The notes: a model not told the origin generated them from the sequence alone. DNA of 60,059 nt from an uncultured Candidatus Saccharibacteria bacterium (GCA_964390475.1 CAYMIB010000001.1:1-60059); one strand, 5' to 3'; numbered from the stretch's first letter, positions 26,390-35,397 are shown. Made by a program: numbers and translations.

Positions 26390-27367
26390 ATGCGTCTTAA
26401 AAATATTATTCTTGCGAGTTTTGTTCTGTTGGTTGTCATGTCTTTTGGAACAGTTTTTGCTCCGAAAAATACTTCAGCTCAAGTTAGTACTTCTAGTCAC
26501 TGCACCTTTGGCAGTGGAAACCTTGAAGTTGGAGTTATAAACGAAGAAGTTCGTTGTCTTCAAAAGTTCTTAAACGAAAACGGTTTTAAAATCGCTGAAG
26601 CTGGTGTTGGCTCACCTGGTCAAGAGACCACAATGTTCGGCGAGCTCACAAAGGGTGCTGTAATGCGATGGCAGAACGCTAATGGTATTACTTCGACAGG
26701 AATTTTTGGTCCGCTTTCTCAGGAAAAATATTTAAAATCTATCGCCGCTCTTTTGACCAGTCAGCTTTCTGCTGCTAGTACTGGCTTTGCTCCAGGTTCT
26801 GGTGTGCCAGTTCCAGCAGGCACTGTTGGAAACTCAGGTAACAATCAACCACCGGCTGCTCAGGGGAATGAAGAACAGGAAGAAGCAAGAGATGCTGTTT
26901 TGGAAGCTCGTGATGCGATCGAAAAGGCAGAGGACGATGTCGAGGATGCGGACGCAGACGAGATTGATGTCGAAGATGCAAATGATGATATCGCAGATGC
27001 AAAAGATGATTTGCTTGACGCACTCTACGCTTTTGTTGAAGAGGACTATTCAGAAGCAAAAAATAAAGCCGAAGACGTTATAGATTCGATGGGGGATATT
27101 TTGGATGAACTACACGGCGATGACAGCGATGCCGAAGAAGCTATTGATGATGCTCGAGCCGCTATTGAAGATGCAGACGAACAAATCGATGAAGCCTACG
27201 ATGATGATGAGGAGGTAGACGCCGCTAGAAATCTTCTCGAAGACGCTGAGGATAAACTAGACGATGCCGAAGAAGCCTTTGACGACGAAGACTTTGATGA
27301 AGCCGAAGATTTGGCGAATGAAGCCGAAGATTTGGCTGACGATGCAGTAGATGCAATCGGTAACTAG
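26390..27367 (+). CDS. Secreted peptidoglycan-binding-domain protein with hyper-acidic D/E/A-rich tail
   Basis: Signal peptide. PG_binding_1-like CLQKFLNENGF...GELTKGAVMRWQNANGITSTGIFGP. About 170 aa of low-complexity acidic repeats. Confidence 0.65.
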   Translation: MRLKNIILASFVLLVVMSFGTVFAPKNTSAQVSTSSHCTFGSGNLEVGVINEEVRCLQKFLNENGFKIAEAGVGSPGQETTMFGELTKGAVMRWQNANGITSTGIFGPLSQEKYLKSIAALLTSQLSAASTGFAPGSGVPVPAGTVGNSGNNQPPAAQGNEEQEEARDAVLEARDAIEKAEDDVEDADADEIDVEDANDDIADAKDDLLDALYAFVEEDYSEAKNKAEDVIDSMGDILDELHGDDSDAEEAIDDARAAIEDADEQIDEAYDDDEEVDAARNLLEDAEDKLDDAEEAFDDEDFDEAEDLANEAEDLADDAVDAIGN

Positions 27368-27567
27368 TTTTAGGGTTTTGGCTTTAGATTAAAAAAACAA
27401 AAAAATTGAAAAAAGAAATTAAAAGATTCTCGAAAGATCAAGCACAGATGAGACGAAGCGCGCCTCGCATGCAAGGTCAGGCAAGGAACGCTGGACTGAG
27501 AAACCAGAGAAGGGGAAGGAGTCGTTAACCTACTAGTTTCTAGGATTCTGGGTTAGGATTCTATGTT

Positions 27568-28500
27568 ATGGAAGATCGACCCAAAATTCTGTCTACGAAG
27601 CCTTCAGTAGGTTATGAAATTCTCGACTCCGGAAATGGAGAAAAGCTCGAGCGTTTTGGTGACTTTGTTTTGCGTCGCCCAGACCCGCAGGCTCTGTGGA
27701 GTAAGGAGTTGTCCAACGAAAAATGGGAAGCGGCCGATGCTCATTTTGTGAATTCTGGCCGGTCGGGAAGTTGGAGAACTAAAACTGATTTGCCGGAATC
27801 TTGGCCGATCGAGCTGGCTGGACTGACATTTGGAATTTCTCTATCGGCTTTCAAACACACCGGAATTTTTCCTGAACATGCCGAAAATTGGAATTGGATC
27901 GGCGAGACAGTGGAAAGAGAATCAAAAAAGCGCACTGACAACAAACCTATAAGTGTTTTAAATCTTTTTGGTTACACTGGCGGGGCGAGTTTGGCTGCGG
28001 CCAAAGCGGGTGCCAGTGTTACTCATGTTGATGGTTCGAAAGTTTCGGTAAATCGGGCGAGTGAAAATGCCCGACTCTCCGGACTCGGAGAAAAACCTAT
28101 TCGCTGGATTATTGACGATGCGATGGAGTTTGTTAAAAGGGAAGTGCGGCGTGGCAACCACTATGATGGAATAATTATGGATCCGCCGGCTTATGGTCAC
28201 GGGCCAAATAAAGAGCTTTGGGAAATCGAAACTCATTTACCAATTTTGATCGCCGAATGTCAGAAAATTCTTTCCGACCAACCACTTTTTGTGCTCTTGA
28301 ACGGCTATGCTTCAGGATATTCTGCGATTGCTTACAAAAACAACCTCTCCGACTTAATCAAAGGGAAAACCGCCATCGGTCAGTCTGGCAGAAAAGAGGG
28401 GGAAATGGAATTTGGCGAACTGGCGTCCGAGACTAAGTCTGGGCGACAACTTCCAGCTGGAATATTTGCTCGGTGGCGAGCCGGAGTATCGGGAGTATAA
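27568..28500 (+). CDS. Class I SAM-dependent (RlmI/Methyltrans_SAM-like) methyltransferase
   Basis: LNLFGYTGGASLAAAKAGASVTHVDGSK and IIMDPPAYG. Confidence 0.75.
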   Translation: MEDRPKILSTKPSVGYEILDSGNGEKLERFGDFVLRRPDPQALWSKELSNEKWEAADAHFVNSGRSGSWRTKTDLPESWPIELAGLTFGISLSAFKHTGIFPEHAENWNWIGETVERESKKRTDNKPISVLNLFGYTGGASLAAAKAGASVTHVDGSKVSVNRASENARLSGLGEKPIRWIIDDAMEFVKREVRRGNHYDGIIMDPPAYGHGPNKELWEIETHLPILIAECQKILSDQPLFVLLNGYASGYSAIAYKNNLSDLIKGKTAIGQSGRKEGEMEFGELASETKSGRQLPAGIFARWRAGVSGV

Positions 28501-28534
28501 TGTGCATAAGCGTGCTGACACACAGCTATAATTT

Positions 28535-29047
28535 ATGAAAACCAAGCATGTCATTTTAATTTCAATTTTGGTATTCGTTGTCTTTTTAGGCACGATTGCA
28601 ATGTTTGTGTATAAAACATTTACAGGTGGCCCAACTCCTAGCCAGCGCGTTGACACAAATACCGAGCAAACTCAAAACCAAATAAATAATTCCACAACTA
28701 CAGCTACGACAACTAATACCACAAACATACCGCCACCAGACAACCACACTGCTTTAGACGACTGTATCGAACTCAAAGCGAACGAAGCGAAAGGTAAAGA
28801 ATACGAACGCGGCTCACTTCTGGTCTCCTTCTTTAATTCTCTAAGCTACAGTCTTGCACTTGATACTATAAAACTTCTCGGTCTGCGTCCCGATGATTCT
28901 ACTGAAGCCAAAAACAATTTTAATCAAAACCATTGGCTGACAGTTTTTGTGCCGAAGGGAAAAGAGTTTGAATGGCAGTGCAAGCTCGACGCAAGCGAGG
29001 GAATAAAGAAAGCTAACCTCAACCTGACTTTCAACCTTCGACAGTAA
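28535..29047 (+). CDS. Hypothetical membrane-anchored protein
   Basis: 170 aa with an N-terminal TM helix and a T/N-rich linker. Confidence 0.45.
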   Translation: MKTKHVILISILVFVVFLGTIAMFVYKTFTGGPTPSQRVDTNTEQTQNQINNSTTTATTTNTTNIPPPDNHTALDDCIELKANEAKGKEYERGSLLVSFFNSLSYSLALDTIKLLGLRPDDSTEAKNNFNQNHWLTVFVPKGKEFEWQCKLDASEGIKKANLNLTFNLRQ

Positions 29048-29130
29048 TTCTTTCTGTTGGTACCGGCTTAATTTTTGCTAACTGTAAGATATCGAGTGTT
29101 ATAATGTCTAAACAGGGGCAAACTTAATTA

Positions 29131-29958
29131 TTGTTTAAATTATTATTTCAGTTAAAACAAATGTTTAATTCACCAGAAGGTAATAAGATTTTGAAGTATG
29201 GTTCGATTGTGCTTATTTTACTCGCTGTGTTCTTGGCTGTTCAAAGTCTTCATGCTTTGATCTCGACTAAATACATTAGTCAAAATAATCCGGTCATGGA
29301 CTCTATAACCGTAAACGGAACTGCAGAAAAAATTGTTCTTCCAGACGTTGCAACTTTCTCTTTTGGAGCCCAAATGACTGGCGAAACTGTCGCTTCTGCT
29401 CAAAAAGTTGTGACTGAGCGAATCAACAAGGCACTCGATATTATAAAAGCCGCTGGTGTTGATGAAAAAGATATTAAGACAATCGCTTACAACATCAATC
29501 CTCACTACGAATATACTCAAAGACCGTGCACTCAGTTTAGTTGTCCTTCCGGTCAGCAAAATCTCACTGGCTACGATGTCAGTCAGACAGTCCAGGTCAA
29601 AATTCGCGATACATCTAAAGCGGGTGAGATTTTAGGAAAACTTGGTTCAGCTGAAATCACCGATCTTAGCGGCCTCATTTTTGCCATCGACGACGAAGAA
29701 AAAGCTCAGGCCGAAGCTCGAGCAATGGCGATCGACGACGCTCAAGCAAAAGCTAAGGTTCTTGCTAAAGACCTCGGTGTTCGCCTAGGTAAAGTCATTA
29801 GTTTCAGCGAGGGTTACTACCCACAGCCGTATTACATGGAGTCTTATGCAAAAGCCGGCGATGCCGTTATGGGTATGGGCGGTGCTCCTTCACCAGAAGT
29901 ACCTGCAGGCGAAAATACTATCGTTTCAAACGTTTCGATTACGTACGAGATAAGGTAG
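29131..29958 (+). CDS. SIMPL/DUF541 domain protein
   Basis: ITVNGTAEKIVLPDVATFSFG...AQAKAKVLAKDLGVRLGKVISFSE pattern. TTG start. Confidence 0.7.
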   Translation: MFKLLFQLKQMFNSPEGNKILKYGSIVLILLAVFLAVQSLHALISTKYISQNNPVMDSITVNGTAEKIVLPDVATFSFGAQMTGETVASAQKVVTERINKALDIIKAAGVDEKDIKTIAYNINPHYEYTQRPCTQFSCPSGQQNLTGYDVSQTVQVKIRDTSKAGEILGKLGSAEITDLSGLIFAIDDEEKAQAEARAMAIDDAQAKAKVLAKDLGVRLGKVISFSEGYYPQPYYMESYAKAGDAVMGMGGAPSPEVPAGENTIVSNVSITYEIR

Positions 29959-30117
29959 TCTTTTCCAGATGTCGCTTCCATAGACCGCTCGTGTTCTCCA
30001 GCGAAAAATAATTTGACAATTTGTAATACTAGGTATAGTATCTAGACAAATCACGCCGTAGGGCGTTTTTTGTTAGAATCAAGCGGTAGAAATTACTATA
30101 GAAATACCCAGAAAATT

Positions 30118-30297
30118 ATGAAAATTGTTGAATACATAAAGGACACAAAAGGGGAGATGAAGCATGTCAGCTGGCCGACTCGCAAGCAGGCGGTTGTTTT
30201 TACAGCAATCGTAATTGCTCTATCGTTGTTTGTAGCATCATTTCTTGGTCTGTTCGACTTTATTTTTACCAAGATCCTGGCATTCTTTTTGGTTTAG
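30118..30297 (+). CDS. secE: Preprotein translocase subunit SecE
   Basis: KHVSWPTRKQAVVFTAIVIALSLFVA, located upstream of nusG. Start moved to the internal ATG. Confidence 0.8.
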   Translation: MKIVEYIKDTKGEMKHVSWPTRKQAVVFTAIVIALSLFVASFLGLFDFIFTKILAFFLV

Positions 30298-30350
30298 TCG
30301 GCTTAGGTAATATTTTGTTTATTGAGAGATAATTTTTAAAGATTAAAACA

Positions 30351-30896
30351 ATGTCAAAACAAAAAATCCAAGAGGGTCGTAATTGGTATGCAATCCACAC
30401 ATATGCCGGATACGAAAACGCAGTGTTGCGAAATTTGAAGCAACGCATCGAGTCGCTTGGCATGGAGGATAAAATTTTCAACGTTATCGTGCCGACTGAG
30501 AAAAAAATCAAGGTCAAGGGCGGCAAACGAGTCGTCGAGGAAGAAAAAATCTATCCGGGTTATATTTTGGTTGAAATGTCGGTGACTGATGATTCTTGGT
30601 ATGTTGTTCGAAACACTCCCCGTGTAACCGGTTTCGTCGGTTCTGGTGTTTATCCAGTACCGCTTAGCAAGCCAGAAGTCGACGCTCTATTTGCCCGAAT
30701 GAATACCGATACTGCAAAGCATATGATTGACCTCTCGATTGGTGATGCGGTTAAGATTGCCGACGGTCCGTTTAAGGAGCTTGAAGGAAAGGTAAGTGAA
30801 GTCGACAGTGAGCGCGGCAAGGTTAAGGTTTTGGTCGCTATGTTCGGCCGCGAAACACCGGTTGAGCTCGACTTCTTGCAAGTGAAGCGCATTTAG
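30351..30896 (+). CDS. nusG: Transcription termination/antitermination factor NusG
   Basis: WYAIHTYAGYENAV NGN domain and a KOW motif (GDAVKIADGPFKELEGKV). Confidence 0.9.
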   Translation: MSKQKIQEGRNWYAIHTYAGYENAVLRNLKQRIESLGMEDKIFNVIVPTEKKIKVKGGKRVVEEEKIYPGYILVEMSVTDDSWYVVRNTPRVTGFVGSGVYPVPLSKPEVDALFARMNTDTAKHMIDLSIGDAVKIADGPFKELEGKVSEVDSERGKVKVLVAMFGRETPVELDFLQVKRI

Positions 30897-30920
30897 GTTA
30901 TCTTTTAGACTCATAAAAAC

Positions 30921-31346
30921 ATGGCTAAAAAGCTTACAAAACAACTCAAAATGATCATCGCGGGCGGCAAGGCCGTTCCAGGTCAGCAACTCGGTCCGGT
31001 CCTCGGTGCCGCTGGCATTAACATTGGTGAATTCGTAAAGCGCTTTAATGCTGAAACCATCACTCGCGTCGGTGAACTTGTACCGACTGTTGTGAACGTC
31101 TACGAAGATCGTACTTACAAGATGATCTACAAGACCGAGCCTGCTAGCCAGATGATTTTGAAAACAATCGGCGCGGAAAAAGGTTCCGGTACTCCAAACA
31201 CCAAGAAAGTGGGGAAAATCAGCAAGGCTCAGATCAAAACCATCGCTGAAAAGAAAATGCCCGACCTCAATGCTCACGATGTCGAAGGTGCCATGAAGAT
31301 CGTCGAAGGTACCGCTCGTTCGATGGGAGTGGAAGTGAAAGGATAA
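30921..31346 (+). CDS. rplK: Ribosomal protein L11
   Basis: IAGGKAVPGQQLGPVLGAAGINIGEFVKRFN. Confidence 0.9.
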   Translation: MAKKLTKQLKMIIAGGKAVPGQQLGPVLGAAGINIGEFVKRFNAETITRVGELVPTVVNVYEDRTYKMIYKTEPASQMILKTIGAEKGSGTPNTKKVGKISKAQIKTIAEKKMPDLNAHDVEGAMKIVEGTARSMGVEVKG

Positions 31347-31347
31347 A

Positions 31348-31424
31348 CAAAAAAACCAAGCATAATTCGTTCCGGCGTGGGCCCCGCTTCGCGAAACGCC
31401 TTCACGAACAATGCTTGGTTTTTT
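31348..31424 (+). terminator. Unusually long (~77 nt) A-tract/T-tract-flanked hairpin after rplK
   Basis: AAAAAACCAAGCAT...ATGCTTGGTTTTTT outer stem, with inner TTCGT/ACGAA and GGCGT/ACGCC pairings. Confidence 0.65.
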
Positions 31425-31487
31425 GTTGCTCGAGAAAGAGTCCAAAGAAAAACCCCGACACATGTCGGGGTTTTGATTGTTGTGGTT

Positions 31488-32591
31488 CTAACTTTTTACG
31501 GTCGCTAGCATGCGGTTTGAGTACGCTTTATCATCCGTGACATCGACGGCACGATCTGCAAGAAATGGTGGTAGGGTGACCTCTTGGTTGATGTCCGTCA
31601 GCTCTACTTCGAGCAGTATCAAGCCCGGAGGCTGGCTGAACACGTCGAGTTCGAAACACAGACCATTCCAAGGGAAGCAGCAACGCTTCTTCTGGATCGG
31701 TCGGCAGTTCGGGTCAGCTCGAGCAAGAAGTGCGAGGTGTTCTTCCTTGGTAACTTGCCTCTCAATCTCAGTTCTGGTCCCGGGCCCGATCTTTTTCTTT
31801 GTTGTGTGAAAGTAGATTGAACCGCCGCCTTGGCTTCGTATCCGAACACGTTCCTCAATATCTGGATTGCCGGTTGTGAGGTAGTACTGGGTAATATCAA
31901 CCCAAGCGTGTGGTGAAGGCAAAAGGCCGATGTCGACACCAGTGATTTTGTACTTTCTCTCGATCTCGACTGGTGCTGGAATACCAAGAACGCTGCAAAC
32001 TTCCCGAAGCACGCGGTCAATTTTTCCTTCCAATCCGTCGCCGCTGTTGTCGACAATTCTCAGATGCGAGTGTCCTGTCCAGGCAGCCAGTGTACGTTCA
32101 TCGAGCGCTGCTGCTTGTTCAACTGTTTCGCTTCTCGCGATATTGTTTTCACAGCTGTAAAGATCGGGTTTGTCGAAAGCCAATGACCGAAGATGAATGA
32201 CCGCGTCGTACGGTTCGTCTCGCAGGCTCACCAGATTCAAGCCACGTTCACCCAAAAGAAGATCAGCTTCGTGTGGGGGAATGTAGGCAAGGACGTCAGC
32301 AAGACCACGGTCACAGAGAATAACTTTCCTGTCGCCCGGCATAAGTCTGGCCGCTTCCAGCATTCGTCGCTCTTTTTCCTGGGTCAGACCAATGATCTGA
32401 CCTTGAAAGCCGCTGGGTCCAAGCCGCCTTGGTTGGATACCTGCAAGAATGAGGTCGGTTGCTGCTTCAGTGACCACAATGACTGTGTAGCCCAGGTCTT
32501 CAAGTCTCTGTCGAAGCTTGCTCAGGGCTGTTGTTTTACCAGCACATGGTCCACCAGTCAGGACAATCTTTGGGATTCGACCGCTGCTCAT
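31488..32591 (-). CDS. AAA_28-type P-loop NTPase/kinase fused to a C-terminal CYTH (triphosphate tunnel) domain
   Basis: Walker A LTGGPCAGKTT at the N-terminus. The C-terminal half starts with VEIERKYKI (the ExExK CYTH signature). GC-rich. Confidence 0.6.
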   Translation of the reverse strand: MSSGRIPKIVLTGGPCAGKTTALSKLRQRLEDLGYTVIVVTEAATDLILAGIQPRRLGPSGFQGQIIGLTQEKERRMLEAARLMPGDRKVILCDRGLADVLAYIPPHEADLLLGERGLNLVSLRDEPYDAVIHLRSLAFDKPDLYSCENNIARSETVEQAAALDERTLAAWTGHSHLRIVDNSGDGLEGKIDRVLREVCSVLGIPAPVEIERKYKITGVDIGLLPSPHAWVDITQYYLTTGNPDIEERVRIRSQGGGSIYFHTTKKKIGPGTRTEIERQVTKEEHLALLARADPNCRPIQKKRCCFPWNGLCFELDVFSQPPGLILLEVELTDINQEVTLPPFLADRAVDVTDDKAYSNRMLATVKS

Positions 32592-32761
32592 GTCACACTC
32601 CTTTTGGTTCAGTCACTTTCTGCTGTGTACAGGGATTCTTCCTGTAGGTTATGGAATTAGAAAGGGGGAGTCAAGTTTTTGGATTGGTTTTTGCGCTAGC
32701 CTTGAGTCACGTTTCACAACCGCTTCGGGAAAAATACTAATGGTATGATGATTAAAATTTA

Positions 32762-33385
32762 ATGACCGACTACAAACAAATCACAAAAGGAACATACGAT
32801 GATATCGCCGCGGATTATTCGGAACGAGATTCATCTGTGATTGCAGAAAGTTGGGAAGTCAAAGGGGCTCTCGACGCATTTGTCGCTCTTTTAAAGCCCG
32901 GTGCTCACGTTCTTGATGTTGGTTGTGGTGGCGGTCGTGACTCACGATATCTTGCTGAAAAAGGAATGCGGGTAACGGCGATCGATTTTTCAGAGAGTAT
33001 GGTTCGAAATGCACAGAAAATAAATTCCAACATTGAGTATATGCAGATGGATTTCGAGCATATTGATTTTCCTGAAAAAGCTTTTGATGGAGTATGGGCA
33101 AATGCTTCGCTTCACCATATCCCGAAAGCAAATCTTGCACATGTTCTCAGATCACTTCATCGTATTCTTGTGTCCGACGGTGTTTTGTTTTTGAAGGTGA
33201 AACACGGTGATTCTGAAGGAGTACGTGAGAATATGAAGTTTGGAAAATCACTTAAACGTTACTTCGCTTTCTATAAACCCGAGGAAATGATCAGTCTCGT
33301 TGAGTCCGCTGGTTTCCAAATAGTTAGGCATTCTCTAGTAACCTCTGATGAGTGGCTTGATGTTGTGGCGAGAAAAATAGGCTAG
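32762..33385 (+). CDS. Class I SAM-dependent methyltransferase
   Basis: VLDVGCGGGRDSRYLAEKG and a Methyltransf_11-like layout. Confidence 0.7.
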   Translation: MTDYKQITKGTYDDIAADYSERDSSVIAESWEVKGALDAFVALLKPGAHVLDVGCGGGRDSRYLAEKGMRVTAIDFSESMVRNAQKINSNIEYMQMDFEHIDFPEKAFDGVWANASLHHIPKANLAHVLRSLHRILVSDGVLFLKVKHGDSEGVRENMKFGKSLKRYFAFYKPEEMISLVESAGFQIVRHSLVTSDEWLDVVARKIG

Positions 33386-33390
33386 GTCGG

Positions 33391-33894
33391 TTACTTCCGT
33401 TCCCAGATTTGAAAACTGAAACCGTCGTGATCCTCTTGGCTTACCACCTTGAATTTATCTTCGTAGGCAGGGAAGAAGGTGTCTGCGGTTTCGATTTTTT
33501 GGTCGACGATTGTCAGGTAAAGTCTTTCGACGTAAGGTAAGGTGAAATTGTAGATTTGGCCGCCGCCGATTACGAATATTTCTTCACTGCCTTTTGCTTC
33601 ACTTGCGGCTTTGATTGCTTCATCAAAGGTCGATACGATGAAAGCCCCCTCGGCCTTTAGTTCGCCGTCGTTGTTCATAATGATGTTGGTCCGGCCGGGC
33701 AAGGGACGAAATTTTTCCGGAAGAGATTCCCAAGTTTTCTTACCCATGATTACTGGATGATTCAAAGTGAATTCTTTGAACCTTTTCATATCCTCCGGAA
33801 TTTGCCACGGAATTGCGCCTTTATTTCCTATCGCTCTACTGCCTTTGGCAATTGCGGCAATGGATGAAATCCTCATTTGTAGTTTATTGTTCAA
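33391..33894 (-). CDS. folA: Dihydrofolate reductase
   Basis: IGNKGAIPWQIPEDMKRFKEFT, VIMGKKTWESLP, PLPGRTNIIM. Confidence 0.9.
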   Translation of the reverse strand: MNNKLQMRISSIAAIAKGSRAIGNKGAIPWQIPEDMKRFKEFTLNHPVIMGKKTWESLPEKFRPLPGRTNIIMNNDGELKAEGAFIVSTFDEAIKAASEAKGSEEIFVIGGGQIYNFTLPYVERLYLTIVDQKIETADTFFPAYEDKFKVVSQEDHDGFSFQIWERK

Positions 33895-34537
33895 CTTTGT
33901 GATCTTGTTTTAGCTTCTTAATGTCACCCTTCGCAACCAGCTCGATCTCGATTGCATCACGGTCGGATTTTTCTTTTTCCATAACAAATCCCTCGATAAT
34001 GTCTTTTTTATGGTAACGACTTTTTTCGGCTTCGATAACCGTGTCGAGTCTTTCAAAAACGATTTGGCAAAAACGTTCACCCGGGTAAAGTTTTACAACC
34101 TGTGATCCTGTATTGTTTCTGACCGGGACGACGAGTTGGCCTTCGTAGCCAGAATCAATTATTCCTGTAAGGTCGACAGACAAACCCTTTCGGTTGGTCG
34201 ACGATCGCGGATACAGGACGGCCATTAAATCCTTCGGGATTTTTACCGATTCAAGGGTTGAAACTAGAACATATTCGTTTGGAAGTAATTCAAAAATCTG
34301 CCCTTGTTCTAGTTCTATCGTTTCAAAATATGCCGGCCGTTTTTTGTCGAAATGGTCGATGTTTAGAGCTTCTCGGCCGCGCTGAGTCATGACCCAATTT
34401 TTTGGAACAAGAAATGTAAAACCGAGTCGGAGATCGACTGCATGTGCTTGAATTTGAAATGAGTCCAAGGCCGGACTAAAACCAATCTCGTTCATTTTCA
34501 CTCTTTCTAGTATTTGGTTTTTTGTCAGGATTGCCAT
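33884..34537 (-). CDS. dcd: dCTP deaminase/dUTPase-superfamily protein with C-terminal extension
   Basis: VDLRLG, PRSSTNRKGL, GIIDSGYEGQLVVPVRN and FCQIVF motifs. Overlaps folA by 11 nt. Confidence 0.75.
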   Translation of the reverse strand: MAILTKNQILERVKMNEIGFSPALDSFQIQAHAVDLRLGFTFLVPKNWVMTQRGREALNIDHFDKKRPAYFETIELEQGQIFELLPNEYVLVSTLESVKIPKDLMAVLYPRSSTNRKGLSVDLTGIIDSGYEGQLVVPVRNNTGSQVVKLYPGERFCQIVFERLDTVIEAEKSRYHKKDIIEGFVMEKEKSDRDAIEIELVAKGDIKKLKQDHKVEQ

Positions 34538-34560
34538 GGTGTTATTTTACTTGTTTGAAG

Positions 34561-35397
34561 CTAAAGAACAATTTTTAGACCCTTTATGGCTTCACCTGGC
34601 GTATATTGGTCTGTTAAGTTTTTGATAATTTCTTCGGCCAAAGCAACATCTTTTTTCTCAGCTCGTTCGAAAGCGTTGGCTGGCAGGTTGAGTTCAACTT
34701 TTTTCTGATGGGTGGTTCGACTCATGAGCTCCTTGGCTGCTTCGTAGTGGATACTATAAATGTGAGCATTTGAAATAGTGTGGGTGTATATGCCGGGTTT
34801 CACTCCAAGTCTTGCCGCGAGGATCGTTTGAACCAAAGCAAAACCGGCAACATCGTGAGGGCATCCGAGGATCATGTCGTTTGAACGGATGATGTTGTGC
34901 ATGTGAAGCCGACCACCAATTATATTTACAGTGAAAGAGAAAAGGCAGGGCACATTTTTTTTCATCACCCCGCCGAGCCCGTCGCTACCCGGGTCCCAGG
35001 CGATGACGACACCGTGCCTGGAACTCGGCTCTTTTTCAAGGAGTTCAATGAGTTTACCGATCTGGTCGCGACCAAAATGTTTTCGCCAGCGATAGCCGTA
35101 GGCGACGGTTACAACGTCGTTTGGATTTGTGAAGTCGTCCCAGATTTTGGTGTAGTCTCGTAGAAAGTCCTCAGGTTTTCTTGAGCCACTTAGAAACCAG
35201 ATTTGTTCAGCGACGAAGATCCGAATCGGAATTTTTCGAAGACTTAAAAGTGGGAAACCGTCTTTTTCAAGGTCAGTAGAGAAGGTGAGACCAGGGAGAG
35301 CGCGGGTTTCGTGACCAGTTCTTTGGTTAAGATCAGAGATTCCTTCTTCCATGATTTTTGAAATCATTGTCTGGTATATGTGGTCGAAGGATGTCAT
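34561..35397 (-). CDS. Thymidylate synthase (ThyA) family protein with Asp at the Asn177-equivalent specificity position
   Basis: Ungapped match to the E. coli ThyA block PCH-19aa-RSCDVFLGLPFNIASYALL, here PCL-19aa-RSNDMILGCPHDVAGFALV. Also YGYRWR and AHIY. Confidence 0.8.
   Translation of the reverse strand: MTSFDHIYQTMISKIMEEGISDLNQRTGHETRALPGLTFSTDLEKDGFPLLSLRKIPIRIFVAEQIWFLSGSRKPEDFLRDYTKIWDDFTNPNDVVTVAYGYRWRKHFGRDQIGKLIELLEKEPSSRHGVVIAWDPGSDGLGGVMKKNVPCLFSFTVNIIGGRLHMHNIIRSNDMILGCPHDVAGFALVQTILAARLGVKPGIYTHTISNAHIYSIHYEAAKELMSRTTHQKKVELNLPANAFERAEKKDVALAEEIIKNLTDQYTPGEAIKGLKIVL

Noticed and set aside
27470-27500. SRP (4.5S) RNA-like motif AGGUCAGGCAAGGAACGCUGG
   Set aside because: It resembles the conserved GUCAGGUCCGGAAGGAAGCAGC of helix 8. 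However, the apical GNRA hairpin cannot be formed, and the flanks do not pair into the required long helix.
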